Positions 9,253-17,857 of a DNA stretch of 38,817 nt are shown piece by piece (the stretch's first letter is position 1; every line of letters starts with the position of its first letter). The DNA is taken from the NCBI GenBank assembly GCA_009602735.1, contig WELA01002961.1:1-38817 (forward strand). Direction: 5' to 3'. The DNA is from Mesotaenium endlicherianum. Its lineage: Eukaryota. A model generated the notes under the pieces. That model ran no database searches. It worked only from the letters and a program-made list of their open reading frames with translations, and was not told the DNA's origin. Made by a program: the position numbers and the translations under genes.

Positions 9253-10386
9253 ATGCAACCAAAGTTGGACAACCTCGTAATTGTACTGGTGCGCGAAGGA
9301 GACGATGTTTACTTCGGCTGGGATTTAAGGTTGCCCATAGAAAGGGTATCAGGCTTCCTCCCTGACAAATTGTATCGTGTCCTTCGTTTCAACGAACATG
9401 AAAGAAGCCTGCACTTAAAATATGACGGCGATGCCCCATTTGCTGCCTACAAGATCAGCTTTGAGGACAACACCAAATTACTTGAGTCACTAAACATTGA
9501 AAAAATAGTGGTTAGGCAAAGGATTGCAATTCCACAGTCTGCTGATTATCCAACGCCCAACTCCATCAGGCCACCCGTTTCTGCTTACAAGCCAGAACCA
9601 CCGCGCCCCATCGCCGTAGTGACCGAGGCCTTCAGTAACACATTCTGCGATACTGTGTCCTTTGATATCCGAGATGCGATATTTGAGACCGGCACGATCA
9701 CCTTCGAGGCGAAAGTAAAATTTACACGAGAAGTAGTGAAGGTGACGATGGTTAATCCAGCAGTAAAAAAACATTTTGACGCGGTTAAGAATTACATCTG
9801 GAAGCTGTTCGGCAAAAGGAAAACATCATGCCAATGTACTTTTGAAATGATCAGCGGAAAATGCAATGCAAAATCTGTTGATCGTTGTGATCTTCTTCAC
9901 CTATCTGAAAATATTTTAGAACAGATCAATGAAGGCTGGGTAGAAGAATATATACTCGACAATCCGACTGGAGACATCTATCCCATCAGTGACCTGGTTG
10001 ATCCTTTAGGGGATGATGTCCTGACTGGTGAATATGTATTTAACCAATTGGTCAAAGAAGCTAAAACCAAACATTATCATCACCTCCGATACCTTTCGGC
10101 GCGGCAGGCGATTGAACTGCAGAAACTGTCCGTAACAGGGAAGCCACTTTCATTTGTTTTTTTGATTACTGCAGGACCGAATATCTACCTGTTCTGGGAA
10201 ACCTACACATCATCGGAAGCAACTTATGTATGGAAAATAAATGGGCCTGATGAGATCAAAAAGCACTATTCTTTGATCCTTACCTTGCGTAACAACAAGC
10301 GTATGGTTTACAGAAAGAAAAAAGAACCGGGATTTTCGTTCATCGAACACGACTACCAGGCAGATCTGAATGGCTTCTTAAAATAG
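9253..10386 (+). CDS. Hypothetical protein; the C-terminal part resembles a domain I recall from the ends of Bacteroidota DEAD/DEAH helicases; possibly shortened by a TGG>TAG nonsense change
   Basis: 377-aa ORF with HLRYLS...SFVFL...WET...EATYVW...HDY...GF motifs. The frame continues KKEIEDILI to a second TAG at 10414-10416. Confidence 0.55.
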   Translation: MQPKLDNLVIVLVREGDDVYFGWDLRLPIERVSGFLPDKLYRVLRFNEHERSLHLKYDGDAPFAAYKISFEDNTKLLESLNIEKIVVRQRIAIPQSADYPTPNSIRPPVSAYKPEPPRPIAVVTEAFSNTFCDTVSFDIRDAIFETGTITFEAKVKFTREVVKVTMVNPAVKKHFDAVKNYIWKLFGKRKTSCQCTFEMISGKCNAKSVDRCDLLHLSENILEQINEGWVEEYILDNPTGDIYPISDLVDPLGDDVLTGEYVFNQLVKEAKTKHYHHLRYLSARQAIELQKLSVTGKPLSFVFLITAGPNIYLFWETYTSSEATYVWKINGPDEIKKHYSLILTLRNNKRMVYRKKKEPGFSFIEHDYQADLNGFLK

Positions 10387-10695
10387 AAAAAGGAAATAGA
10401 AGACATTCTTATTTAGATCACCAGTGCCATCACCGGAAATTCTCACGATTGCACCTGTAAGGTTTTTTCAGGACGAGTCATTCGTCAAAATCGGACTGAA
10501 GTGGTCAACGAAATCGGTTTGTGCATTTAACGTAACAAAGTAACAAATGGGGCAAAAAAGCACTTTAGAATTGTTTACAGGAGCCCGTAGGCGCTTACAA
10601 TTATCTGACCCAACATCTATAAATTACAGTCATTTATGTAAAAGGTTGTAAGCCCCGATGCTTTTGGAAACATTCTCCCCCTACAGCATACCTTT

Positions 10696-10738
10696 GAAAA
10701 ACCGCCTTGTAAATCAATCACTTACAAGGCGGTTTTTC
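10696..10738. terminator. 17-bp perfect inverted repeat; intrinsic terminator-like hairpin at the island junction
   Basis: GAAAAACCGCCTTGTAA (10696-10712), 9-nt loop, TTACAAGGCGGTTTTTC (10722-10738), followed by Ts. Confidence 0.75.
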
Positions 10739-10875
10739 TTTTGGGGCAACTTGCGTTGATCAGTTGAGTCAGGTTTCAATATACTGAAGCAAGAACATAA
10801 TTGTATCATTAATATGTGATGCGCTGCAAGTATAAGATGACGTAATTTTATGAAGAGGGTAAAATGTAGGGCAGT

Positions 10876-11448
10876 ATGCTATTCATTAAAATGCTGGCAG
10901 TGATTGAACTTGCTGTAACTGTATGGTCTACAGGTAAGCAGGACTTATACGGTGAACATGCTTCACCCATTGCCGAAAGAGTTACCAGAGAAACCAAATT
11001 TTTAGATGATCAGCCGATTATAAATCCCTCGAAATTATTTACTAAAACAGAGGCCGATAAAATAATGGGCCAATCCACTCATTTAGCCGATAGTTCTTCA
11101 AAATTTAAAGGACTCTCAGCTTCCTACCTTTGTGCTTACTTGACGGATGTCAAAGATGCCCCTACGGGGAAAACAGGAGCGATCTATTTTTTGTTTGAAC
11201 AATACCAGCAAATTTCGGATGCTAAAAAGAAATATGCAGACATTATGCTGGCGAACAAACCCCATGGCATCGAAAACATAAACAATCTAGGCGATGAGGC
11301 GTATTTTCACACAGATAAGGTACACTTTTATTTTATCATGGTCAGGAAAGGTAAAAACGTGTTCAATATAAAAGTGAACAAGATAACAAGCTCCACATCT
11401 CTGAAAGAGCTTAACAAGATAGCAAATAGAATAACTGCATTGATTTGA
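10876..11448 (+). CDS. Hypothetical, probably exported protein
   Basis: 190-aa ORF with hydrophobic N-terminus and an NLGDEAYF motif; no family confidently recognised. Confidence 0.6.
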   Translation: MLFIKMLAVIELAVTVWSTGKQDLYGEHASPIAERVTRETKFLDDQPIINPSKLFTKTEADKIMGQSTHLADSSSKFKGLSASYLCAYLTDVKDAPTGKTGAIYFLFEQYQQISDAKKKYADIMLANKPHGIENINNLGDEAYFHTDKVHFYFIMVRKGKNVFNIKVNKITSSTSLKELNKIANRITALI

Positions 11449-11486
11449 AATACAACTTCAAACAATGTGTAATCGTCGCTAGCGGT

Positions 11487-12860
11487 TCAAGGTAATCCGT
11501 GTTGCTTCAGAAAAGAAGGCAGGTTTGAAATATAACGGAGCTGTTGCAGGGCGGCCGTATCATATTTTTCAGGGATATACACGGCGGCATAGGGATGGTT
11601 GGAAGCACCCGGCTCTTTAATAAAAGAATAGCGGGGGCCATGATCGCCCGTAATGATCACAATTTTATCCTTCCATGTTTGTTGCGTATCCAGCAATTGT
11701 TGCAGCAAGTGATTGCCATATTCCAGGTAACCGGTATAATATTTTTTGATCGGCACACTATCCTTGCCGGTATAGGTTGGTAAAGACACCAGGCCGCCTG
11801 CCCGGTCCCTGGAGAATGGCTCATGCGGAATGGCAAGATGCACCCAAATAAAACGTGGGTATTGGGGTTGCTCCGAAAGCGTTGTCTTTAGTTTTTCATA
11901 TAACCGGTGGTTGTATGCATCACATCTGACAGTGGTAAACCTTGCTTTTTCGATCATCATACCAAAGAGGGTTCCCGAGATCAATTGATCCAGGTAGGTA
12001 CTAGGATAGCCGCTTCTGTCTTCCAGTTTATTTTCGCCGCCTATATCAAACGAGCTGAGATTCACGAACCGGTATCCATCTCTTTTGATCCGCTGTATCC
12101 AGCTTGCTTTTTTCAACGCATCTATACCTGCATAAAAGTTTGCAGGCCGTATGCTGTCGTCTTCATTGAAAAGCGCATTCAAAGAAAGCAGCGTATTGGG
12201 GAACCTTGTTTGCATAGAGGGAAGCAAACAAAAACCATGCTGCTGTAAAATGGTATCGAATGAATTCCTGAATGCAAACACTTTTTGTAATACTTCAGAA
12301 GATCCGTATTCATCCATCAATATCCATACAATATCTCTTTTCGTTTCACTGGCAGGAAGATCAATGGCTGAGGGCGCTGTTTTGACCACATCTTTCTTCT
12401 CTTGCCCCACTGTTACCGAGCCATTCACTGCAAACACCAGGCAAATGATCAGCAAAAAAGTATTCAGTAGTGAATTCAGGTAACGCGCATAGTCTTTTTT
12501 ACATTTCCTGAGCAGGTAGCGGGCTGCTATTAAACTACATAACACGAACACATAGAAAGCATAATAAAAATTCGCGGGTATATAGGCATATTCAAACCCA
12601 AGCAGCTGCGCTATTCCTATTACATGCAGCAAAGAAGCCCAGCACATAATCACAAATATTCCTGCATACGCAACCGTTGCCGCCTTTTTAAACGCTTCCA
12701 GCAAAAGCCAGGTAATGGCAATGTAAAGCACATAGAGGTTGAAAGCAACAGGCCATGCAAAAGAAGGCGTGTAACGAACCGTTTTGAACAGCAAAAATGC
12801 CAGTCCGTATAAATACGGATACCATTGCCTGCGGAAAAAGTCCTTTATTTTCTGATCCAT
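11487..12860 (-). CDS. Membrane-anchored alkaline-phosphatase/sulfatase-superfamily transferase (NoeB/LtaS/EptA-like)
   Basis: About 5 N-terminal TM helices, then DIVWILMDEY, PNTLLS (Thr nucleophile candidate), HLAIPHEPF and ITGDHG metal-ligand motifs. Confidence 0.75.
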   Translation of the reverse strand: MDQKIKDFFRRQWYPYLYGLAFLLFKTVRYTPSFAWPVAFNLYVLYIAITWLLLEAFKKAATVAYAGIFVIMCWASLLHVIGIAQLLGFEYAYIPANFYYAFYVFVLCSLIAARYLLRKCKKDYARYLNSLLNTFLLIICLVFAVNGSVTVGQEKKDVVKTAPSAIDLPASETKRDIVWILMDEYGSSEVLQKVFAFRNSFDTILQQHGFCLLPSMQTRFPNTLLSLNALFNEDDSIRPANFYAGIDALKKASWIQRIKRDGYRFVNLSSFDIGGENKLEDRSGYPSTYLDQLISGTLFGMMIEKARFTTVRCDAYNHRLYEKLKTTLSEQPQYPRFIWVHLAIPHEPFSRDRAGGLVSLPTYTGKDSVPIKKYYTGYLEYGNHLLQQLLDTQQTWKDKIVIITGDHGPRYSFIKEPGASNHPYAAVYIPEKYDTAALQQLRYISNLPSFLKQHGLP

Positions 12861-14218
12861 AAGAACAATTTCCTTTGAGAAGCCTTACAGCTATACTGCT
12901 CCTGCATAGTAAAATAACTACTGAAAGCAGCAATGAAATTGGCTTCCGTATAATCGTCAAAAATATCTTCCCTGTTGCGAAGCATGGCCTGTACTTTTTC
13001 ATCTGTTTTCGGAATAAATTCCACGATCGAATGTTTGGTGGTAATCTCTGCAAAAAGTTTTGCCACAAAAGCCAGGGGAATATTTTTTGAGATACATAAA
13101 TGATGTACCAGTGCGAGTCCCAGTATCATATCAGCTTTTTGCTCCACCCTTTTTATCAACGCTATCTTCTCTTCGTTCTTCCAACCGGTTCCCGGTGTAG
13201 GCTGGGTAAGATCGGCAATGATGGCAGTAAGGTTGTTGATTTGCTGTTCTTTGATTTGCCCATACAATTGATCAACGCAGTCATGATCCATTTCAATGGC
13301 CATCACTTTTTTTGCATACCGGGCGGCGATCAATGAAAAATAACCGTTGTTAGCTCCTGCATCGATCACACAGTTCGAAGAACCCGCGCTGATCCATTCA
13401 GTCACCTTATTGGTTTTATCGTTGATATAGTCCGTTGATAAGATACCCTCATCATAATAATGCAACCATTGTTGACGGCGATGCTTACGAGGCTCCCATC
13501 GCTGGATGGCGCGTTGAAGCATTTGCCACCATAGTTCCAGCTTTTGCCTGTTGAAACCGTTGGTAGTGTCCGCTTGTACAACTCCTTTCCTCTTATACCT
13601 GGCATGCAAATGAATATGTATGAGCAAAGTAGGATTCAGCCAGGTTTTGACGGGAAGGTTCCGGCTTACAAAAGGCAAATCCCAGCCGTCTATAAAAGCA
13701 TTCAGCAACCGGCCCCAGTGCTTATCACTGAAGCACATCAGTGCAAAAGGCCCCAACATGAGCTCGCAAAACTGGCGGTAGGCCATCCAGGGCTGGCCAT
13801 CTTCATATATCGCGAAAGAAGTAGTGTCGAAAAGCAGGCATTTCCCATCGTGGAAAGTGAAATTGTAAGGAGTGGCATCCTTCAGTATCATGCCATGCCT
13901 GATGGCAAGCAGGTTGATGGATAAAAAACGAGCTATCACATCTTTCCACTGGCTTACCGACCATTCCGATGGATAGCTGATCACCGGAATCCATTCCGGT
14001 TCCAATATCTTGTAATAGTGCGGCATCTGCTCCGGGGTCATGGTAGATTCCTTGTGGGCAATCATCCTCCCCCTGGTTACCAGTTCTTTGTACAAACCCG
14101 ATTGCATCAGTAGATCGTATTCCTTTGCGTATGAATACGTTACAAAGCGGAACACAGTGCAATCATCTGCAATTCTTACAAAACCATGCTTATCACGGTA
14201 TGAAATAGCCTGCTGCAT
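12845..14218 (-). CDS. NoeA-like protein: N-terminal kinase-like domain plus C-terminal class I SAM-dependent methyltransferase
   Basis: C-terminal motif I VIDAGANNG, acidic AIEMD, LALVHH. N-terminal LKDATPYN (D114-x4-N119) and FDTTSF (D131) resemble kinase catalytic and Mg-binding loops. Confidence 0.75.
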   Translation of the reverse strand: MQQAISYRDKHGFVRIADDCTVFRFVTYSYAKEYDLLMQSGLYKELVTRGRMIAHKESTMTPEQMPHYYKILEPEWIPVISYPSEWSVSQWKDVIARFLSINLLAIRHGMILKDATPYNFTFHDGKCLLFDTTSFAIYEDGQPWMAYRQFCELMLGPFALMCFSDKHWGRLLNAFIDGWDLPFVSRNLPVKTWLNPTLLIHIHLHARYKRKGVVQADTTNGFNRQKLELWWQMLQRAIQRWEPRKHRRQQWLHYYDEGILSTDYINDKTNKVTEWISAGSSNCVIDAGANNGYFSLIAARYAKKVMAIEMDHDCVDQLYGQIKEQQINNLTAIIADLTQPTPGTGWKNEEKIALIKRVEQKADMILGLALVHHLCISKNIPLAFVAKLFAEITTKHSIVEFIPKTDEKVQAMLRNREDIFDDYTEANFIAAFSSYFTMQEQYSCKASQRKLFLWIRK

Positions 14219-14394
14219 TACCCGCCCTCTTCTTCCTCTTTAAGTGCAGGGCGCACCTTGCGCAAAGAGAAAATCGTTTTCAGAAAATGGACACCTTTTT
14301 TGAAAAATACCATTACGGTAAGAAGTCCGGAGACGAGTACTTGAAATAGTAAACTGCCCGATCCCGGGTCAATATACAGGATTGAAACGCTCAT
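14218..14394 (-). CDS. 58-aa small membrane protein with YIDPGSGS motif (not in the ORF track)
   Basis: MSVSILYIDPGSGSLLFQVLVSGLLTVMVFFKKGVHFLKTIFSLRKVRPALKEEEEGG*. Its stop overlaps the next start (TAATG at 14220-14216). One hydrophobic helix followed by a basic then acidic tail. Confidence 0.8.
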   Translation of the reverse strand: MSVSILYIDPGSGSLLFQVLVSGLLTVMVFFKKGVHFLKTIFSLRKVRPALKEEEEGG

Positions 14395-14511
14395 TGCTTA
14401 GGTAGGGTTTAAATGATAGACTCATAAAAAAGCTTGATGTTTAATTCACATCAAAAAACAAGCCTTTTCCTGTTCTTGCTTAGAATTCAACTATAAGAGG
14501 CCCAAACTAAG

Positions 14512-14519
14512 TAATTTTG
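14512..14519 (+). promoter_or_regulatory. Bacteroidota housekeeping promoter -7 element for trmB
   Basis: TAATTTTG(CAGCC) matches TAnnTTTG and ends 7 nt before the ATG. Confidence 0.65.
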
Positions 14520-14526
14520 CAGCCTC

Positions 14527-15231
14527 ATGGGACAAAAAAAGTTGATCCGTTTCGAAGCTATCAGGCATTTTGACAATGTGCTGGAATATCCAAAGGATAT
14601 GCCTGGTCAATGGAAACAGTTCTTTAAGAATGAACACCCTATTACCCTTGAGCTGGCTTGTGGTAAGGGAGAATATGCAGTAGGACTGGGCCGTCTCTAT
14701 CCCAGCCGCAATTTTATTGGTATTGATATCAAAGGCAACCGCATCTGGCGGGGGGCCAAAACGGCGTTGGAGGAAGGGTTGAATAATGTGGCGTTCCTGC
14801 GTTCGCAGATCGATAAGGTGACCGACTATTTCCAGCCCGGCGAAGTGGCCGAAATATGGATCACTTTCCCCGACCCGCAACTCCGTGCTTCCCGTGCCAA
14901 AAAAAGACTTACCCATCCCAGGTTCCTGCGGCTTTATCAACGGTTCCTGCAATCCAACGGACTGGTTCACCTCAAAACCGATAGTCCCGACCTGTATGAA
15001 TTTACCCTAACAGTGATTAACTTATTTGGCCTCGAGGTTATTGACCAGTCCGGCGATGTTTATGCCAATACAGACATTAAACAAGAACTGCAAATAAAAA
15101 CGCATTACGAAGGATTGGATATCGCACAAAGCAACCGCATTCACTACCTCTGTTTCCGCTTGAACAAAGAACTGCCGGTTGAAAAAGACGAAGCATTAAA
15201 ACAACTCATCGGTGAGCAAGCAACTGATTGA
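14527..15231 (+). CDS. trmB: tRNA (guanine(46)-N7)-methyltransferase
   Basis: LELACGKGEY, GIDIKGNR, WITFPDPQ, KKRL, HLKTD and THYE motifs. Confidence 0.95.
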   Translation: MGQKKLIRFEAIRHFDNVLEYPKDMPGQWKQFFKNEHPITLELACGKGEYAVGLGRLYPSRNFIGIDIKGNRIWRGAKTALEEGLNNVAFLRSQIDKVTDYFQPGEVAEIWITFPDPQLRASRAKKRLTHPRFLRLYQRFLQSNGLVHLKTDSPDLYEFTLTVINLFGLEVIDQSGDVYANTDIKQELQIKTHYEGLDIAQSNRIHYLCFRLNKELPVEKDEALKQLIGEQATD

Positions 15232-15415
15232 AGGCATTGACTTCTACTACGAAGGCCCCTATATGGTACTGACCGAGAAATACCATTTAGAGAAAGGCTA
15301 TTGCTGTGGCAATGGCTGCAGACACTGCCCTTATGACTATGAAGCCGTACCCGAACCGAGACGGACCGTCATCCTGAGCGAGCGAAGCGAGTCGAAGGAT
15401 CTGCCGAATACTTGA
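15212..15415 (+). CDS. Small Cys-rich protein (DUF5522-like)
   Basis: EGIDFYYEG...YHLEKGYCCGNGCRHCPY; GTG start overlapping the end of trmB. Confidence 0.8.
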   Translation: MSKQLIEGIDFYYEGPYMVLTEKYHLEKGYCCGNGCRHCPYDYEAVPEPRRTVILSERSESKDLPNT

Positions 15416-15446
15416 ACAGATCCCTCGGCTCCGCTCGGGATGACGG
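15366..15446. repeat. REP-like palindromic element (GTCATCC.GAGC...GA.GGATCT pair)
   Basis: CCGTCATCCTGAGCG...GAAGGATCT (15366-15402) is inverted against AGATCCCTCGGCTCCGCTCGGGATGACGG (15418-15446); a second copy lies at 37396-37424. Confidence 0.8.
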
Positions 15447-15475
15447 CCTGTGCGCAATTAATCTTAAATTGCTTT

Positions 15476-15862
15476 ATGCCCAACAAAAAGAAATCCGAAA
15501 AATTAAAGACCGTTTTACCCAGCGGCGGCAAAGACATTTCTTTTTTTGAACAGGTATATGATGTGGTCAGGCAAATCCCCAGGGGTAGGGTCACTTCTTA
15601 TGGCGCCATCGCCGCTTATCTTGGCACCCGCATGAGTGCACGTATGGTAGGATGGGCTATGAACGGAGCAGGCGCTGTTAAGCCCAAAGTGCCGGCCCAT
15701 CGTGTAGTGAACCGCAATGGCATGCTCAGCGGCAAAGCCGCATTCGCCACGCCTACTTTAATGGAAGAATTACTCGCCAAAGAAAAAACAAAAGTCAAGG
15801 ATGATACCATCGTTGACTTTGAAAAAAAATTCTGGGATCCCGCTGTTGAACTGGCACTCTGA
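15476..15862 (+). CDS. MGMT-family alkyltransferase-like protein (Atl/YbaZ type)
   Basis: IPRGRVTSYGAIA, ARMVGWAM and VPAHRVVN (PAHR instead of catalytic PCHR). The likely start is ATG 15476; the ORF-track start at 15440 lies in the REP. Confidence 0.85.
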   Translation: MPNKKKSEKLKTVLPSGGKDISFFEQVYDVVRQIPRGRVTSYGAIAAYLGTRMSARMVGWAMNGAGAVKPKVPAHRVVNRNGMLSGKAAFATPTLMEELLAKEKTKVKDDTIVDFEKKFWDPAVELAL

Positions 15863-15865
15863 TCT

Positions 15866-16453
15866 TTACCGGTAATACGGACTGATCATCCAATATACCA
15901 CAGGTCCCGTGATCGCTACATATAACCACATGGGCCAGGTAACCCTTGCAATGTCTTTGTGCAGTGAAAACTCTGCCGTCAACCCCCTGTAAGCTGTAAA
16001 CAAAATAAAGGGCAGTATAATGGCGGCCAGGAAAATATGCGTGGAAAGGATCAGGTAATAGATCAGGCGTAATTTGATGCCCACCGCTTCTTTCTCTTCA
16101 TCGCTCAATATGCCATCGTGGTTGATATCGCCGAACCTGGCTTCTCCGGCCAGTAAATGATGCGCAATATAAGAAACCAGAAAAATGATCGATAAGACCA
16201 GGGCCGTTAGCATGATCCTTTTGTGCAGTAGGTATTTTTTCTTTTTAACGGCTATCAGGGCCGCTACCAGCAACAAGGTCACAACGCTGTTGATCGCGGC
16301 ATTGATCGCGGCAAAAATATGCACGTTAAATCCGGGATGCACATTCAGCTTTACCCTGCCCATGATCACCACTGCACTGAATACCACGAATGAGAAAATA
16401 GCAATGAGCCATCGGGCCTTCTTATCGTTCTTGACAATAACAGGTTCCAGCAT
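15866..16453 (-). CDS. DUF420 family membrane protein (oxidase assembly-associated)
   Basis: HKRIM, FLVSY..HH, ILSTHIFLA and WPMWLYVAITG motifs; likely start MLEPV at 16453. Confidence 0.85.
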   Translation of the reverse strand: MLEPVIVKNDKKARWLIAIFSFVVFSAVVIMGRVKLNVHPGFNVHIFAAINAAINSVVTLLLVAALIAVKKKKYLLHKRIMLTALVLSIIFLVSYIAHHLLAGEARFGDINHDGILSDEEKEAVGIKLRLIYYLILSTHIFLAAIILPFILFTAYRGLTAEFSLHKDIARVTWPMWLYVAITGPVVYWMISPYYR

Positions 16454-16470
16454 AGTATATATTAGTTTAG

Positions 16471-17283
16471 TTAGTCGTTTCCTTTTCTCTTCTTCCTGAG
16501 ATACAAGATAAAGAAAGTGATCATCAATGCCACCAGCAACCATAACCATCCCAGGTCAATGATCTCCCTGAATACCGTACTGGGTTGCCGTGCATCTTTT
16601 TCAAGCATCAGCAATCCTATATCTCTCGCCAGCTTACCTATCGATACCGAATCGAGTCCGTTGTAATATCCCCGAACCACACGGTCTTTATCGAGCAACA
16701 CATAGCGACTGGTATGCACAAAATCGGGTGATACCGGCTCCTCGCTGAACTTGTCTACTTTCAGTTCCTCGAATGCAAACCGATAGATCGAATCCCTGCT
16801 GCCCGTGAGCATCCACCAGTTATCGTGCTGCACACCAAAATGATCGGCATAGTTTTTCAGCACCGGAACAGAATCGCGGTCGGGATCAACAGTAAATGAA
16901 AGGAATTGAACAATGGAAGTATCGATCTTGTTACGCACATCGCCGCCCTTGATGAACGACTGCTGCAACCTGGCCATATTATGCGTTAATATGGGACAAA
17001 TACTTCTGCAACTGGTGAAGAAAAAATCGGCTACGATGATCTTACCGGGATTGTCGTAGAGACTAACCGTATCACCGAGCTGGTTAACCAGGCGGATGTT
17101 TTTTGATCTGTGCCAGATGCTGTCGTTCACTTCTTTGCCTTTCTCCACCCGTGTAATCACGGTATCCAGCAAATAACGGCGGGGCATGTCAACCGCCCGC
17201 TCGCTGGCATATTTCAATACCAGGTAACAAAACACCGGCAACAATACCGCTACACATAAACCCAACAGCGCTTTTCTATTCAT
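16471..17283 (-). CDS. SCO1/SenC family copper chaperone
   Basis: DFFFTSCRSICP (CxxxC), TVDPDRD and conserved His in FVHT. Confidence 0.92.
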   Translation of the reverse strand: MNRKALLGLCVAVLLPVFCYLVLKYASERAVDMPRRYLLDTVITRVEKGKEVNDSIWHRSKNIRLVNQLGDTVSLYDNPGKIIVADFFFTSCRSICPILTHNMARLQQSFIKGGDVRNKIDTSIVQFLSFTVDPDRDSVPVLKNYADHFGVQHDNWWMLTGSRDSIYRFAFEELKVDKFSEEPVSPDFVHTSRYVLLDKDRVVRGYYNGLDSVSIGKLARDIGLLMLEKDARQPSTVFREIIDLGWLWLLVALMITFFILYLRKKRKGND

Positions 17284-17296
17284 GTCAGCTCATTTA

Positions 17297-17330
17297 CAAA
17301 AGAACCACCGCCATAGCGCCGGTGGTTCTT
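17297..17330 (-). terminator. Intrinsic terminator-like hairpin between subunit IV and SCO
   Basis: AAGAACCACCG (17300-17310) / CGGTGGTTCTT (17320-17330) 11-bp stem, with a short U-run on the minus strand. Confidence 0.6.
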
Positions 17331-17356
17331 ATCAATTCAGTATGATGATGCTTCCA

Positions 17357-17812
17357 TCAATGTTTAGGTTGTTCCACTGCAGCGCCTTTCTCTTCGGCTG
17401 GCCTGGCTTCTTTGCCTTCCGCAGCATGCTCTCCTTCCTTCTTCTCTACTTTAATGGTAGCCTGCTCTTTGAAATGGGGGTCGTACGTATTACGCAGGTG
17501 ACGGAATGAATTACCGTCGTAAAGGAATGCGGTGATGAACCATATAAACAGGGCCAAAGGCACCACAATGGTCATGATCATGTTCCTGATCTCGTGTTTC
17601 AGGTGCATGAAATAACCCACGATATAAAAAGCTTTTGCCAGCATCAGCACAATGATGGTTATTTTGGTAGCCAGCCTTGATGTGCTTTCCAGCGGCATGC
17701 CCATCATCCAGAAACCAAGGGCCAGTTCTATGATGGTTAAAACCGTAAGGATCAGCGTTACCCTTAAAATCTCTTTGGTGCCTCCTCCGCTGTGTTCTTC
17801 TGAATGTGCCAT
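17357..17812 (-). CDS. ctaF: Cytochrome c oxidase subunit IV
   Basis: LTIIEL...KAFYIVGYFMHLKHE motif; 3 TM helices; position in the oxidase cluster. Confidence 0.88.
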   Translation of the reverse strand: MAHSEEHSGGGTKEILRVTLILTVLTIIELALGFWMMGMPLESTSRLATKITIIVLMLAKAFYIVGYFMHLKHEIRNMIMTIVVPLALFIWFITAFLYDGNSFRHLRNTYDPHFKEQATIKVEKKEGEHAAEGKEARPAEEKGAAVEQPKH

Positions 17813-17857
17813 AATAATATCTTAATCGGTGTGAAGAATGTTTTTAGTTGTTTGTTG

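Larger units (their letters stand above)
1..10750. mobile_element. Integrative element / defence island (right part)
   Basis: Integrase-like gene at the left, clustered defence-type genes, visibly more AT-rich than the respiratory operon, and an att-like junction at ~10530-10750. Confidence 0.65.

Noticed and set aside
14491..14970. 159-aa minus-strand ORF
   Set aside because: Antisense shadow of trmB.
15440..15475. N-terminal extension of the Atl/MGMT ORF
   Set aside because: The ATG lies inside the REP element; MPNKKK at 15476 is the more plausible start.
15476..15862. Active O6-methylguanine methyltransferase (ogt/ada)
   Set aside because: The active-site Cys is replaced (PAHR), so it is an alkyltransferase-like protein.
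16454..16549. N-terminal extension of DUF420
   Set aside because: Overlaps the SCO gene out of frame; the start at 16453 fits the family.
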